Positions 39,401-48,230 of a DNA stretch of 64,000 nucleotides are shown here, piece after piece. Location: the sequence record NC_031107.2; one strand, 5' to 3'. Every line of letters begins with the position of its first letter. Position 1 is the first letter of the stretch. A program made the position numbers and the translations under genes. Below the pieces are notes generated by a model that worked only from the letters and a program-made list of their open reading frames with translations, was not told the origin of the DNA and did not search any database.

Positions 39401-40572
39401 CGGACACCCTGATGGATGACGCCAAGCGTCAGAACTTCGTCGGGATTCAAATGGGGTCAGCGACATCGTGTATCGGTGCCACGACTACCCCGTATCGTAC
39501 AGAACAGGAGAAAGCCGTCGCCCACCGTACGTCTGTGAAACACGCACGCGTGATTGACAAAGCAGGCAAAATTACGGGCATCTCTGATGACCACATCGAA
39601 ATCACCTATGAAGACGGTGAGAAAGAGGCATTCCCACTGGGCCGCTGGTTCGGCGCTCACGAAGGTACCTATTATCCTCACACCCTGGTTACTCGCTGGA
39701 AAGCCGGAGACAAACTCCCGGCCGGTACAGTCATCACTTACAATGACCAACAGTTCGAAGTCGATATCTACGATCCGACGCAGGTGTCCTGGAAGAACGG
39801 GATACTGGCTACGGTAGCGTTACCGGAAGGGGAAGAAGTAATTGAAGACTCCAATGCGATTAGTGAGCGGTTCGCTGCGAAAGCACAGTCTGATGTTACC
39901 AAACTCAAAGAAGTAACGATTACCTTTAACCAGAACTTGCTCGAGATTGGTAAAGAAGGCGACCACGTCGACGTGGACTCAATTCTATGCACCTTTACCG
40001 ACAACCTGACCGGCGATATGTCGGGGTTCAGTAAAGAAGCTGCGGCAACCTTGCAAGACTTGAGTTCGTTCGCACCTCGTGCGGGTGTACGTGGCCACAT
40101 CGACAAAATTGAAGTGGTGTATCACGGCGAAACCGAAGACATGACCGCCTCACTGGCAGAACTGGTACGCAAATACGACCGCATTCGTCGTAAAGCCGCC
40201 TTGTCTGTTGGTCGAGACGACCCACTCGATGGGCGTGTCACCGGGGACTACCGTGTTGAAGGGGTGCCGCTTGCTTATAACTCATTGTGCGTTCGATTCT
40301 ATATCACGCACCGTGTGGATATGGCAGCTGCGGATAAAATGGTTATCGCGAACCAGCTGAAAACCACAGTGCAGGAAGTGATGCGTGGTGTGAACCGGAC
40401 TGAATCCGGGGACGACATCGACATCCTCTTTGGACGTGACTCAGTTGACGCACGTATCGTTGGTTCCATTCAACGTATCGGGACAGCGAACGCGGTTGGT
40501 GAACGTGCAGGTGTTCTTATCGGGGATATCCTTGATGGGAAAGACGTGCCGGTTCTGCCGACGAAACTTTAG
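36409..40572 (+). CDS. Virion RNA polymerase beta subunit, main part (phiKZ gp178/SPN3US gp241-like)
   Basis: 1387 aa; DDAKRQNFVGIQ (RpoB DDANRALMG-like), EDS-containing segment, ADKMVIANQLK (GDK..RHGNKG-like). Confidence 0.85.
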   Translation: MLLIKQFNQRFSVRKTDEFGKPRIIPLEKLQIPRGAVYHAIDLDQVVLAPPVTTPILQDLEKPAQIRHHFKLPEEGISGHPRIKPVQGQEKAIFAYHRANRNFRRLSSDALVRKDLKTLLIENYTPMLSHYIYPDTQLAWYDRLRNIMVLMTNQFKYDTAEYLRQNYFVIELGSTLPAFTKFQTTFNDRVKTKLEKFQDFNLLWLLEIFTWAYGHQKDSLFDGMDITQLSRMNFIFTHNSGFTSLNMGVVEKMRKSSGGRLTDDQMARNFYKTLVQVMTQSPSDEYDAEFLTPEGEERIVTRDDVEEDNVDVMDDEELTDDAVVESDNGFDEKEDLVIEAPKEDVKPTTIVVEKTIAHDEVIKQEVKRLAEAGRVTSKAYQFLSDSSQRFVSLPNPYNPKETYGQALTIEKKDIEVKAQPKKIERLVTDEAWFENVNDQIIKQYNKTMLPKDILSAVASSQRLGLAIHNHTVEKENTVTGKVEHHTLRVQPIGGEPTTVRFSIPALTDDGTWVANGVEYTMRKQRVDLPIRKVAPDTVSLTTAYGKNFVRRSDKVVNDYGRWLTNAIITRAVDPKNTEVTDAKLANVFDPLLELPRQYTEVARRVASFNAMGYMWSFDFKQRDVFFDSDQIADADRANLIPVAKKPRSEIILCMDSKSQMYKVKEDKVEPLGTLAEMLGVDSSKAPREMTELSLMGKSLSLGFIFTYYLGLQGMLKHFGMQYELMPAGQRLDKSQYDSIIRLADAKYAITCDNDQQRMILNGLDRYLKHFTAYTESEVEREDIYLNLIRDADGLSPRYIKELKQMRTAFVDDMHARILRKMGEPETFIGLLQRSNEMLQTDKTLPEINGEEMMFIGNQRIAYHIYTAMVRAMRNYNNAPGSNRKFELTQDMIWGAINSDPSVLLAPGANAIQSIKEKDVVTMGGTGGRNRKTMVYHTREFQPSDLGIVSGNTVDNGDVGITAFLTNNPAFDTVDGTTFKRDGELQPGHALSFIDGLVPDTLMDDAKRQNFVGIQMGSATSCIGATTTPYRTEQEKAVAHRTSVKHARVIDKAGKITGISDDHIEITYEDGEKEAFPLGRWFGAHEGTYYPHTLVTRWKAGDKLPAGTVITYNDQQFEVDIYDPTQVSWKNGILATVALPEGEEVIEDSNAISERFAAKAQSDVTKLKEVTITFNQNLLEIGKEGDHVDVDSILCTFTDNLTGDMSGFSKEAAATLQDLSSFAPRAGVRGHIDKIEVVYHGETEDMTASLAELVRKYDRIRRKAALSVGRDDPLDGRVTGDYRVEGVPLAYNSLCVRFYITHRVDMAAADKMVIANQLKTTVQEVMRGVNRTESGDDIDILFGRDSVDARIVGSIQRIGTANAVGERAGVLIGDILDGKDVPVLPTKL

Positions 40573-40621
40573 TCCTAAGGGTGGGTCGCTCCCACCCTCG
40601 TAAACAACTCCGGAGTTGAGA

Positions 40622-40915
40622 ATGAGTATTTTAGATTCTATCAAAATGCGTAACGGGATTCCAACGGGTAAGAATATTACTCAGCAGGAAACCGAGGGTT
40701 ATTCCCCGCAACAGCGTCTGAACTTTGTTACGCTGGGTAATGCCGTTGAACTGACCACAGAGATTCTGCACGGTCTGATGAAAGGCAACAGTGGCCTGAC
40801 CGATCGTCAGGGCGATCAGCGTATGCTGAAACGCGACATTGCAGATTTAGTCGGTGCCCGCCTTACCGCGCGTATCCAGGAAGCAGCCAGCACCGAGAAC
40901 GGGGGTCAGGCATGA
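40622..40915 (+). CDS. Small conserved hypothetical / virion protein
   Basis: GGAG RBS before ATG 40622; ATGA-coupled to the next gene. Confidence 0.7.
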   Translation: MSILDSIKMRNGIPTGKNITQQETEGYSPQQRLNFVTLGNAVELTTEILHGLMKGNSGLTDRQGDQRMLKRDIADLVGARLTARIQEAASTENGGQA

Positions 40916-42387
40916 TCAGTTTATACTCACTTAACGCCGTCACTAACGCGATGAAGCTGTGCAAACAGTTTAACATCCGTTTGGATGCGGAAGAAGATAG
41001 CCCGATTGGTCTGCTGAACAAAGCAACCGACCAGGCCCCTATCTTTAACACCGGCATCACTGACGAGCAGTTCTTCCAACAGCTGCCGGATATCACCAAA
41101 ATCAAAACTCCGGCGCACGGTACAGGGGAAGCCTCGGTTGTGGCGGATACTGCAGCCGGTGCAGAAGTGCTGAACGTGGAAGACCACGAACCGACCCTGT
41201 TCGAACTGAAGAACATGGCCATCCAGCGCTGTAATGGGATGCTGGACTTTGCGCGTAACGTGATTCAACCGTTCGTGCAAAACGTGATTCAGAACAACCA
41301 GCCGGTTGAACAGCAGGAACTCTCTGAAGAGTGGAACCTGGTACCGGTCGGGATGGATGCTGCCCTGGAAAGTCCGGTGGTGCAGGCGCTGATTGACGAA
41401 ATCGAAAACCCGCTGGGTAACGGGACAACGCACGAAGCCGTAAAAGCTAACGTGCCGACCAACCTGGAAATTCCGGAAACCGGGAACAAAATGTACGATG
41501 ACCTCGTACGTACCCTGTTGAACGAAACCGGGATGTCTATCGTTGAAGCGGTTCAGGGGATGCTGGAAGGGAACATGCTGTCGCCGGTTTCTGAACAGGC
41601 ACCGCACAACCTGAAAAAGAACATCCTGTTCATGCTGCTGGCGTCCTACTACGTTGAACGTCCGTGGGAAAACTCCAACCTGGGTAGCGGTGAATGGCGT
41701 GCGAAAATGCTGCCACTCTACTACAGCAACATCGGTTGGGTGTATGCCTACGCGAACGCCATTGTTGAACGTGTGGCGTCCGGTAACGTGGTATTCGGTT
41801 ACGACGGTAACGAGAAGAAAGTCTACATCTGCCAGGAAGCCTTTAAAGACTACCTGGAAAAAGGTGGTGATGTGGAAGCGCTGCTCGGGGCGATTTATCT
41901 GCTGGATGATGGCGATACCCGTGTGTCTACGCGTGTACCGTCTCTGCTGGAGCGGGCGAACGATTATCGTGCCGCTTATGCGCACCGCAGTGCTATCCAG
42001 CGTGCGAAGAACGACACCGATTGGCTGAGCCGTAACCGTGCGTCGCTGAAAACTGCTTTTGCGGTGGCTATCGATACGCTCGACCCGGAATACCTGAGCC
42101 GCGACAACCAGGGTAACCTGGCGACTGCTGAGCAAATCAAAACCGGCGTGTTCTCTGCCATCGATCATCTGTTCGGTAACAGCACCAAAGACATCACCGA
42201 GTTTGTTATCCGCACCTCGGCAGCCGAAGTCTTCGGTGAATACGATCTGTGCAATCTGCTGCTGGAAATTCACCACGGCATGATTAACAACCGCCAGCCT
42301 GACGAAGTGGCCACCGACTGGATGATTAACTACGTCATCAACTGGGTATGCGGTGCTATTTGTGTTGATATCCTGAAACGCGCTTAA
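40912..42387 (+). CDS. Probable head protein (SPN3US gp243-like)
   Basis: 491 aa with strongly biased codons; located between RNAP beta and the protease as in SPN3US-like phages. Confidence 0.6.
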   Translation: MISLYSLNAVTNAMKLCKQFNIRLDAEEDSPIGLLNKATDQAPIFNTGITDEQFFQQLPDITKIKTPAHGTGEASVVADTAAGAEVLNVEDHEPTLFELKNMAIQRCNGMLDFARNVIQPFVQNVIQNNQPVEQQELSEEWNLVPVGMDAALESPVVQALIDEIENPLGNGTTHEAVKANVPTNLEIPETGNKMYDDLVRTLLNETGMSIVEAVQGMLEGNMLSPVSEQAPHNLKKNILFMLLASYYVERPWENSNLGSGEWRAKMLPLYYSNIGWVYAYANAIVERVASGNVVFGYDGNEKKVYICQEAFKDYLEKGGDVEALLGAIYLLDDGDTRVSTRVPSLLERANDYRAAYAHRSAIQRAKNDTDWLSRNRASLKTAFAVAIDTLDPEYLSRDNQGNLATAEQIKTGVFSAIDHLFGNSTKDITEFVIRTSAAEVFGEYDLCNLLLEIHHGMINNRQPDEVATDWMINYVINWVCGAICVDILKRA

Positions 42388-42404
42388 ACCTGTAGGAGGT
42401 GATC

Positions 42405-43133
42405 GTGAGTGCAATTGAAACAGCCCGTCGTGACCCAACGAAGATTCATGCTGACTTGGTAAACAACGGCACGGTCACCACTACCAAAGGGGGATGTTAC
42501 ATTTACATCCCTGTTGGGTTTGTGGCGAAAGAGTTGGCGGTGGTTTCTTCGACGGTAACGATTATCGGTTTGTTTGCGATATCGACCGACCGGAAAACCT
42601 ACGGGGTCTCGGGGGTTACGACCTTCATCGAGATTACCCCGTCGGCGTTTGAAGAGATTGATGTCCACGGTGTTCCGTATTACGAATTCCGTTTTGACCC
42701 CGGTACGGTTGTTTTCCCCAACCGCATGTTGCAGGTGATGCCGTCACCTGTGTACAACATCGCGTCGTACGTATACGACTTTGGTAACCGTCCCTTCTGG
42801 ATGCAAACTGATGACGATGCCGAACTACTGGCACCGGATAAGACCAAGAAGTGGAATGGCTTTACCGTGTTTGCTGACCAAATCACAGCAGACGTCTATG
42901 CTGCCCACACGCAGCGTAAAGTTGGCGACCCGCGCACGTATTTCCGGGACACATTGAAAAAGGACAGCGATTTGAGCAACCCTGTGCAGTTCATTCCATT
43001 GCGCAGTGGCTCACTCAACAAAACGTCGCGTCTGGCGAAGCTTGCTGACGTGGAACTGAAACAAGGTATTCGTTCTGCACTGCAAGTCGATCCAGTCCGT
43101 GCCGAACCGCTCGAGGATCTGTTTATGCGATAA
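42405..43133 (+). CDS. Probable fifth virion RNAP subunit (phiKZ gp176/SPN3US gp244-like)
   Basis: AGGAGG RBS with GTG 42405; directly precedes the protease; assignment rests on synteny only. Confidence 0.5.
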   Translation: MSAIETARRDPTKIHADLVNNGTVTTTKGGCYIYIPVGFVAKELAVVSSTVTIIGLFAISTDRKTYGVSGVTTFIEITPSAFEEIDVHGVPYYEFRFDPGTVVFPNRMLQVMPSPVYNIASYVYDFGNRPFWMQTDDDAELLAPDKTKKWNGFTVFADQITADVYAAHTQRKVGDPRTYFRDTLKKDSDLSNPVQFIPLRSGSLNKTSRLAKLADVELKQGIRSALQVDPVRAEPLEDLFMR

Positions 43134-43188
43134 CTGGTGGTGCGCTTTCGGGCGCACACTGGACTGAAAAAAGAAACTGGGGAAAACA

Positions 43189-43992
43189 ATGGAAAACTTG
43201 TCACTACGTTATAACTGCGTAGCGCTGGCTGGGGTCAATAAAGGGGCAACGCTCAAGAAAGATGCGGACGGTTACTACTACGTCCTTTTAGGCGCACTGA
43301 ATATTTTCAACTCTGAGAATATCTATTACGCTTACAACGAATCGAAGCACGTCTTCGAACGTTCTAACATCTTCATGCGCAAAGTGCAGGCGGGGAATCT
43401 CTTCGGTGAAGAAGACCACCCTCCGTACGAGCAGGGCATGTCCGAAGCCCAGTGGATTGAGCGCAACGAATGGATTGAGACGAAAAACGTCTGTATGCAC
43501 ATTCGTGAAGTGGAAGTGAAACCGACTGACCAGGTCTGTAACGGTCTGCCGGTGATGGAAATCTGGGGCTGGGTGAAGCCGAACCGCGAACGTGGTCCGC
43601 TCCTGGCAGAAGCGCTCGAGAACCCACATCAGAACGTGTGCTTCTCGCTGCGTGCCATCGTACGCGAAGGTCGTATCGGTGGGCAGGTTGTGCGTCGTAT
43701 CGATAAACTGGTGACCTTTGACTGGGTTATCGAAGACGGGCTGCAAATCTGCAACAAATATTCCGCGATTCAGCGTGGCTCTAAAGTGGCGCAAGAATCA
43801 ACCCGTACGTACGTTGACCGTCCGATCAGCATGGAAGTGCTGGAAGACATCATCTACAACCCGACCGCAGTGTCTACTGTGGCTACGGAGTCTCGTCGTG
43901 GAGCACTGCGTGGTATCGCACAAGAGTACCTGGCGTTAACGCCGCGTCGCTCTAACCTGCGTGTCATGGGCATGGGTAAGGGAAGCTGGTAA
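43189..43992 (+). CDS. Prohead (head maturation) serine protease (phiKZ gp175/SPN3US gp245-like)
   Basis: LFGEEDHP (His), CFSLR (Ser) and TFDWV (Asp) motifs; C-terminal A-x-E sites. Confidence 0.85.
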   Translation: MENLSLRYNCVALAGVNKGATLKKDADGYYYVLLGALNIFNSENIYYAYNESKHVFERSNIFMRKVQAGNLFGEEDHPPYEQGMSEAQWIERNEWIETKNVCMHIREVEVKPTDQVCNGLPVMEIWGWVKPNRERGPLLAEALENPHQNVCFSLRAIVREGRIGGQVVRRIDKLVTFDWVIEDGLQICNKYSAIQRGSKVAQESTRTYVDRPISMEVLEDIIYNPTAVSTVATESRRGALRGIAQEYLALTPRRSNLRVMGMGKGSW

Positions 43993-43993
43993 A

Positions 43994-44623
43994 ATGAGCG
44001 AAAACGTCGACCCCTCATTAGAGCGCTGGCTGCAGCAGCAAATGCCGCGTGTCGTTAAGAAAGTAAAGTTACGCCAACTTAACGAACAGCCACTGCATCT
44101 GAGCAAGAGTAAGATCTCGGTGTTCTCACCGCGTATCCCTCTTTCTGTTGCGCGTGATGAAGATATGACCGTGCCGCGTATTTGCTGCTCGGTAGATATC
44201 ACCCGTTGTATTCACGGTGTCCGGCATCTCTTTTCTACCATTGAGATTCCGACCCGGTTATTCTTACACGGGTTTCAAGAACGCGCGGTCGTACAACCGT
44301 CAGTGGACTTAACGTGCGAACCCAATCGCGCAGGCGAAGTGTGGATTGTTCCGCACCGTATGTCGAACTGGGATATCAAACCAACTGTACTTGGCGAGAT
44401 GCGTTTATCATCGCTCGGCGAGGCCGGTAGTAAGTTCACGTACCAGATGTGTTTCGGTCAGGATGTTCGCTGGAACTCCTACCAACTGTTGAAAGCAGAT
44501 GTCTTCTACGAAGCTTTCGTCACTGTAGATTGGGAGAAAGAAACACTCAAATGCAGTGATGCGAAAGAAGTCGGTCGAACTGCCTTCGACGCCGCCATTA
44601 ACGAATACACTGTCACCCCGTGA
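43994..44623 (+). CDS. Hypothetical protein, possible ADP-ribosyltransferase-like fold
   Basis: LHLS...FSPRIP...ED..VPRICCS...GEVW; H/S/E placement is reminiscent of ART core strands. Confidence 0.45.
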   Translation: MSENVDPSLERWLQQQMPRVVKKVKLRQLNEQPLHLSKSKISVFSPRIPLSVARDEDMTVPRICCSVDITRCIHGVRHLFSTIEIPTRLFLHGFQERAVVQPSVDLTCEPNRAGEVWIVPHRMSNWDIKPTVLGEMRLSSLGEAGSKFTYQMCFGQDVRWNSYQLLKADVFYEAFVTVDWEKETLKCSDAKEVGRTAFDAAINEYTVTP

Positions 44624-44675
44624 CCGGCAAGTTCGTGGTCTGCAAATCACCACTTACCGTAATCAGGGGGAAAGC

Positions 44676-44975
44676 ATGAAAGTCGTTAACATCGCAATAC
44701 CCTCGACGCTGCAAACGTTGACACCGGACGAACTGAAAGCTCTGGCTCTCTACGCGGTTCAGGAACGCTGTGGTCGAGATGTGCTGGCTGAAATTCTCGG
44801 TGGGCGTTTTGACACCAAGCGGAAGATCAACAACATTGTCGCGGGTATTGCTCAACAAGACATCGCACAGTTCTATTGCGATATTCGTTCAGCAGGAGTT
44901 ACTATCGATTACACCCGCACCTATTTCTTGTTGGCGGAGCCGTACCGTTCCAACATCACCATTAAGCAGTTGTAG
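44676..44975 (+). CDS. Hypothetical protein
   Basis: ATG 44676 with AGGGG RBS. Confidence 0.65.
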   Translation: MKVVNIAIPSTLQTLTPDELKALALYAVQERCGRDVLAEILGGRFDTKRKINNIVAGIAQQDIAQFYCDIRSAGVTIDYTRTYFLLAEPYRSNITIKQL

Positions 44976-45033
44976 TTTTTTTACGGTTCTGGTAGTTCAT
45001 GTGTTGGGGATTACAATTTTAAAGGAAGCAAAC

Positions 45034-45582
45034 ATGTTCTATTTGGATAGCGATGGGTTATTTGCGCGTTGGCGTACCTACGTATTATCCACACATTTTC
45101 CGGGATTGACGATTAAGGAGTTCAATGCGTTACCTGAGCTACGTCGTCGCAGTCTGACACGCGAGATGTATCAGCGTGATCCAGATTTGTTCTATAAGCT
45201 CCAGCCTATTCCCGAGGCGGGCAAGATTATTGAAACGCTGGAAAAGTTGTGTGATTCGTGGGCAATACTGACATCCGGTTCTGAAGACCACTTTGACCAC
45301 CAGTTGGTGGTTGAGTCGAAACAGCGCTGGTTCTTAAAGCACTTTGGTGTGCCGTCAGATAAAGTCATTGTCACTGAGAACTCTGGGCAGAAAGCAGCTT
45401 ACGCCTCACGGGGGAATTTGCTTGTCGACGATTATGGTCGGAACTGTCGTGAATGGGTGCTACAGGGCGGGGGAGCGATTTGGGTACGAACAGAACAGCC
45501 GAATATCCCGGCCGTCTGTAGTCAATGCGAAGCGTTCTACGAAGACCCGATTAATCTCTCGGGAACTCTGTTGCCGATTTAA
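45034..45582 (+). CDS. HAD-superfamily 5'(3')-deoxyribonucleotidase-like phosphatase (NT5C-like)
   Basis: YLDSDG (DxD), ILTS, K-x-x-W and LLVDD motifs; AAGGA RBS. Confidence 0.8.
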   Translation: MFYLDSDGLFARWRTYVLSTHFPGLTIKEFNALPELRRRSLTREMYQRDPDLFYKLQPIPEAGKIIETLEKLCDSWAILTSGSEDHFDHQLVVESKQRWFLKHFGVPSDKVIVTENSGQKAAYASRGNLLVDDYGRNCREWVLQGGGAIWVRTEQPNIPAVCSQCEAFYEDPINLSGTLLPI

Positions 45583-45588
45583 TCCTTA

Positions 45589-45627
45589 GGTAGTCCTTTC
45601 ACCCGAGAGGACTACCCGTTTTATTTT
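45589..45627 (+). terminator. Intrinsic terminator
   Basis: ggtagtcct/aggactacc stem plus T-rich tail. Confidence 0.7.
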
Positions 45628-45717
45628 AAGTGCATTCGAAATTCTTACAGATATATTTTACTTAGGTGAGATTACATTCCTAATCTTTTACTCGACTATA
45701 ACCTTAAGGAGCACCTT

Positions 45718-46122
45718 ATGAACATTTCAGACCAAATTGTAAACCTTTGCCGCGACCCGTTCGTGATGTTAATGTTAACGGCAAAAGCTGCCAGCAACGA
45801 AGACGATTTAATCTCGTTGTTGTCTGACCCGGTTGAGCTGTGTGTAGCGCGTGATAAACGTCTGCACGAAGCAAACACCACAGACATGGCCGCCACACTT
45901 CAAAGTCCGGATGCTGCAAAATTCATCTTGTTGATGACTGACGCACAATGGCGTCAGGAACATCAGCTGCAAGGTGAGTTTGCCAACTTACCGTTCGCTT
46001 TCGGCGAACTGGTGACGGGCGACCAGCACCTCAAAGGCATCATCGCCGGTGAAGAGTTAGCGGAGTTTCAAACGACCATGACTCTTGCCGCTAAGAAGTT
46101 TGCGGAACTCACCGCAGCGTAA
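45718..46122 (+). CDS. Hypothetical protein
   Basis: AAGGAG RBS; upstream AGATATATTTTA promoter-like variant at 45649-45660. Confidence 0.75.
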   Translation: MNISDQIVNLCRDPFVMLMLTAKAASNEDDLISLLSDPVELCVARDKRLHEANTTDMAATLQSPDAAKFILLMTDAQWRQEHQLQGEFANLPFAFGELVTGDQHLKGIIAGEELAEFQTTMTLAAKKFAELTAA

Positions 46123-46161
46123 GTAATTCAATTCGACCATTACCTTTAGGAAAAGAAAACA

Positions 46162-46833
46162 ATGCAAGGCACCGAAATCAACAAGCTGTGGGAAAAACTG
46201 GTACGTCAATTCCGTGACTTCTATCTGTATACCGATAGCGCTCACCGCATCGACCACATCCAGTCTGTGAAGTCTAACGCGATTCGGATTGCGTACCTGT
46301 TGGGTGAAACCGAGCATTTGAAGTTGGCGCTGATTGCGATTGCGGCACACGATATCTTCTCAACCAAAGAAGACCGTGCTTCACACCACATCAAAGGCTA
46401 CAGCTGGATACTGGACAACAAGCCGGTACTCAAGCGTAAATACAAACTCACCGATGACGAGTGTCTTATCATCGCCCACGCGGTATTAGAACATCGTAGT
46501 TCTCACAAAGGGAACTACAACGGCATTGTCTCTGAGATTGTGGCTGCTGCTGACCGCGGCATCCCGTCTGTGGACGATGTGATGAATTATGCTTATCGCT
46601 CTTACCTGTATGCACGCGACCATGGCAAAAGCGTCACCGATGCGAAATTCCATGCTGTGCGCCACATCAAAGAGAAGTTTGGTAAAGACGGTAAGTCCAA
46701 AGTTCCTGACTGGTACCACACACTCTTTGCTGAGAAACTGTTGGCCCGGTTAGACCATGTGGAACAATTGGATATCGATTGCTTCACACCCGAAATCACT
46801 GATGAGCTCGAAGCTCGTCTTCATTCCAAGTAA
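46162..46833 (+). CDS. HD-domain metal-dependent phosphohydrolase
   Basis: AHRIDH, AAHD, HH, EHR and AADR motifs in HD-domain order. Confidence 0.85.
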   Translation: MQGTEINKLWEKLVRQFRDFYLYTDSAHRIDHIQSVKSNAIRIAYLLGETEHLKLALIAIAAHDIFSTKEDRASHHIKGYSWILDNKPVLKRKYKLTDDECLIIAHAVLEHRSSHKGNYNGIVSEIVAAADRGIPSVDDVMNYAYRSYLYARDHGKSVTDAKFHAVRHIKEKFGKDGKSKVPDWYHTLFAEKLLARLDHVEQLDIDCFTPEITDELEARLHSK

Positions 46834-46850
46834 CCCTGAAGGATAAAGCA

Positions 46851-47336
46851 ATGACCACTAAAGTAACCTCTATCAAAGAACTGTCTGCCCTGATCGACGC
46901 TATCGAAGGTCCGACCGTTGTACTGAACGAAGACCTGTCTCTGAAAGCTGAGCCGCTGCAGAAGCTCTACGAAGAGACGTTGCCGACCACCAAAATCAAC
47001 GATCTGGAATATCGCTTCACGCTGGAAGATGCTAACGCATTGCGCCAGCACGATGCGAACTTCCTCGAAGTGTACGGCGGTATCGCCAGTGGTGTTATCG
47101 TTGACCGCGCGAAGGCGGACAAAGACGTTGCTGCGCTGGACCTGAAACTGGATATCGGTAACGCCAGCTTCTCGACTGTCTTCGCTCGCCCGACCGGTGA
47201 TGAGCCGACCAAGAAAGAATGGGAAGCCTCTATCGGCTTCGGCTACGGCGCACCGAAGTCTAAAGCGCTGGAAGGCAAACTGCGTAAAAGCTTTGCGGCT
47301 GCCATGATGGCGGGCGATGAGGAAGACGAAGAGTAA
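46851..47336 (+). CDS. Hypothetical protein, probably highly expressed, with acidic tail
   Basis: AAGGA RBS, biased codons, ends DEEDEE. Confidence 0.8.
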   Translation: MTTKVTSIKELSALIDAIEGPTVVLNEDLSLKAEPLQKLYEETLPTTKINDLEYRFTLEDANALRQHDANFLEVYGGIASGVIVDRAKADKDVAALDLKLDIGNASFSTVFARPTGDEPTKKEWEASIGFGYGAPKSKALEGKLRKSFAAAMMAGDEEDEE

Positions 47337-47542
47337 TGTTCGACTTCTCCCCGAAACAGCTCGCAGAGTCTCTCGGGGGTAAAGTAACATGTCACCCTAA
47401 CGTGAATCCTGCTACGGGTTTGCGTTGGGACAACACAGTTGCTCCTCCCGATGAGGTTGGGATTACGATTAGCTTCCCACGACAGATGCCGCCGCCGAAA
47501 CCTCTCGAAGGTATTGCTGCGCTCTATCGTCGGAAGCGGTAA
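47336..47542 (+). CDS. Small hypothetical protein
   Basis: TAATG coupling, 68 aa, terminator follows. Confidence 0.6.
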   Translation: MFDFSPKQLAESLGGKVTCHPNVNPATGLRWDNTVAPPDEVGITISFPRQMPPPKPLEGIAALYRRKR

Positions 47543-47547
47543 CAAAT

Positions 47548-47578
47548 AGAGGCGGTCTTATGACTGCCTCTTTTTTTT
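47548..47578 (+). terminator. Intrinsic terminator
   Basis: agaggcggtc-ttat-gactgcctct plus T run. Confidence 0.8.
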
Positions 47579-47594
47579 GATCCTGGAGTAAACA

Positions 47595-48182
47595 ATGAGA
47601 GATGAAACACTGTTCTCGGGCCATGTGCTGAACCATACGTCAGAAGCTCCCGAGAATACTGTCATGCGAAGCGCGATGAATCGTGATGAAATCATCCAGC
47701 GCCTTAATCAGATTGGCGACGTCTTCACCTTGTCCCTGCGCCAGGTGGTAGATGAAACCGCTTTTGAACATACCGCGGGTTTTGCCGCAGAGATGATTCC
47801 CCACACCGTCAACGGTTACCAACGTTTTCTCGACGACATCACCAAGTCCTCAGCAGGGCGTGTGATTGCCGGGTTTATCATCCGCTTCAAACAGCTGCTG
47901 TTGATTGAATTCGGTGACTACGTTATCGGTTGTCTGGAGCGTGAGCTGGTGACACTGCAGCCCGGTGACATTGTTACTGCTGAAAAGGGTGCTGGGCCAA
48001 ACGAAACCACGCTGTGGAAAATTGCTCATCCGGACAGTCCTGACCTGGCACCACCGGCAGAATATGATTTGCTGTCTTCTTTCCTGCTGCTGATGCAGAT
48101 GAAGAACCTTATCATCCGTGCAGGGGCCGCAATGCAAATGCGTGAAGATGAAAAAGATAACACGAAAGGACAGAAAAAATAA
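47595..48182 (+). CDS. Hypothetical protein
   Basis: GGAG RBS, 195 aa. Confidence 0.75.
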   Translation: MRDETLFSGHVLNHTSEAPENTVMRSAMNRDEIIQRLNQIGDVFTLSLRQVVDETAFEHTAGFAAEMIPHTVNGYQRFLDDITKSSAGRVIAGFIIRFKQLLLIEFGDYVIGCLERELVTLQPGDIVTAEKGAGPNETTLWKIAHPDSPDLAPPAEYDLLSSFLLLMQMKNLIIRAGAAMQMREDEKDNTKGQKK

Positions 48183-48188
48183 AACGTA

Positions 48189-48228
48189 CCTCACTCCCGT
48201 AAAGGAGTGAGGCGCGCTTCTTTTTTTT
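48189..48228 (+). terminator. Intrinsic terminator between convergent genes
   Basis: cctcactcc/ggagtgagg stem plus T8. Confidence 0.75.
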
Positions 48229-48230
48229 GC

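Noticed and set aside
40578-40598. Hairpin after RNAP beta (agggtggg/cccaccct), and a similar one at 56306-56329 before terL
   Set aside because: No U tract, so not called as terminators; they may be RNA stability or processing hairpins, but evidence is insufficient.
40927-42438. 503-aa minus-strand ORF
   Set aside because: Exact antisense shadow of the codon-biased head gene 40912-42387; no RBS or motifs.
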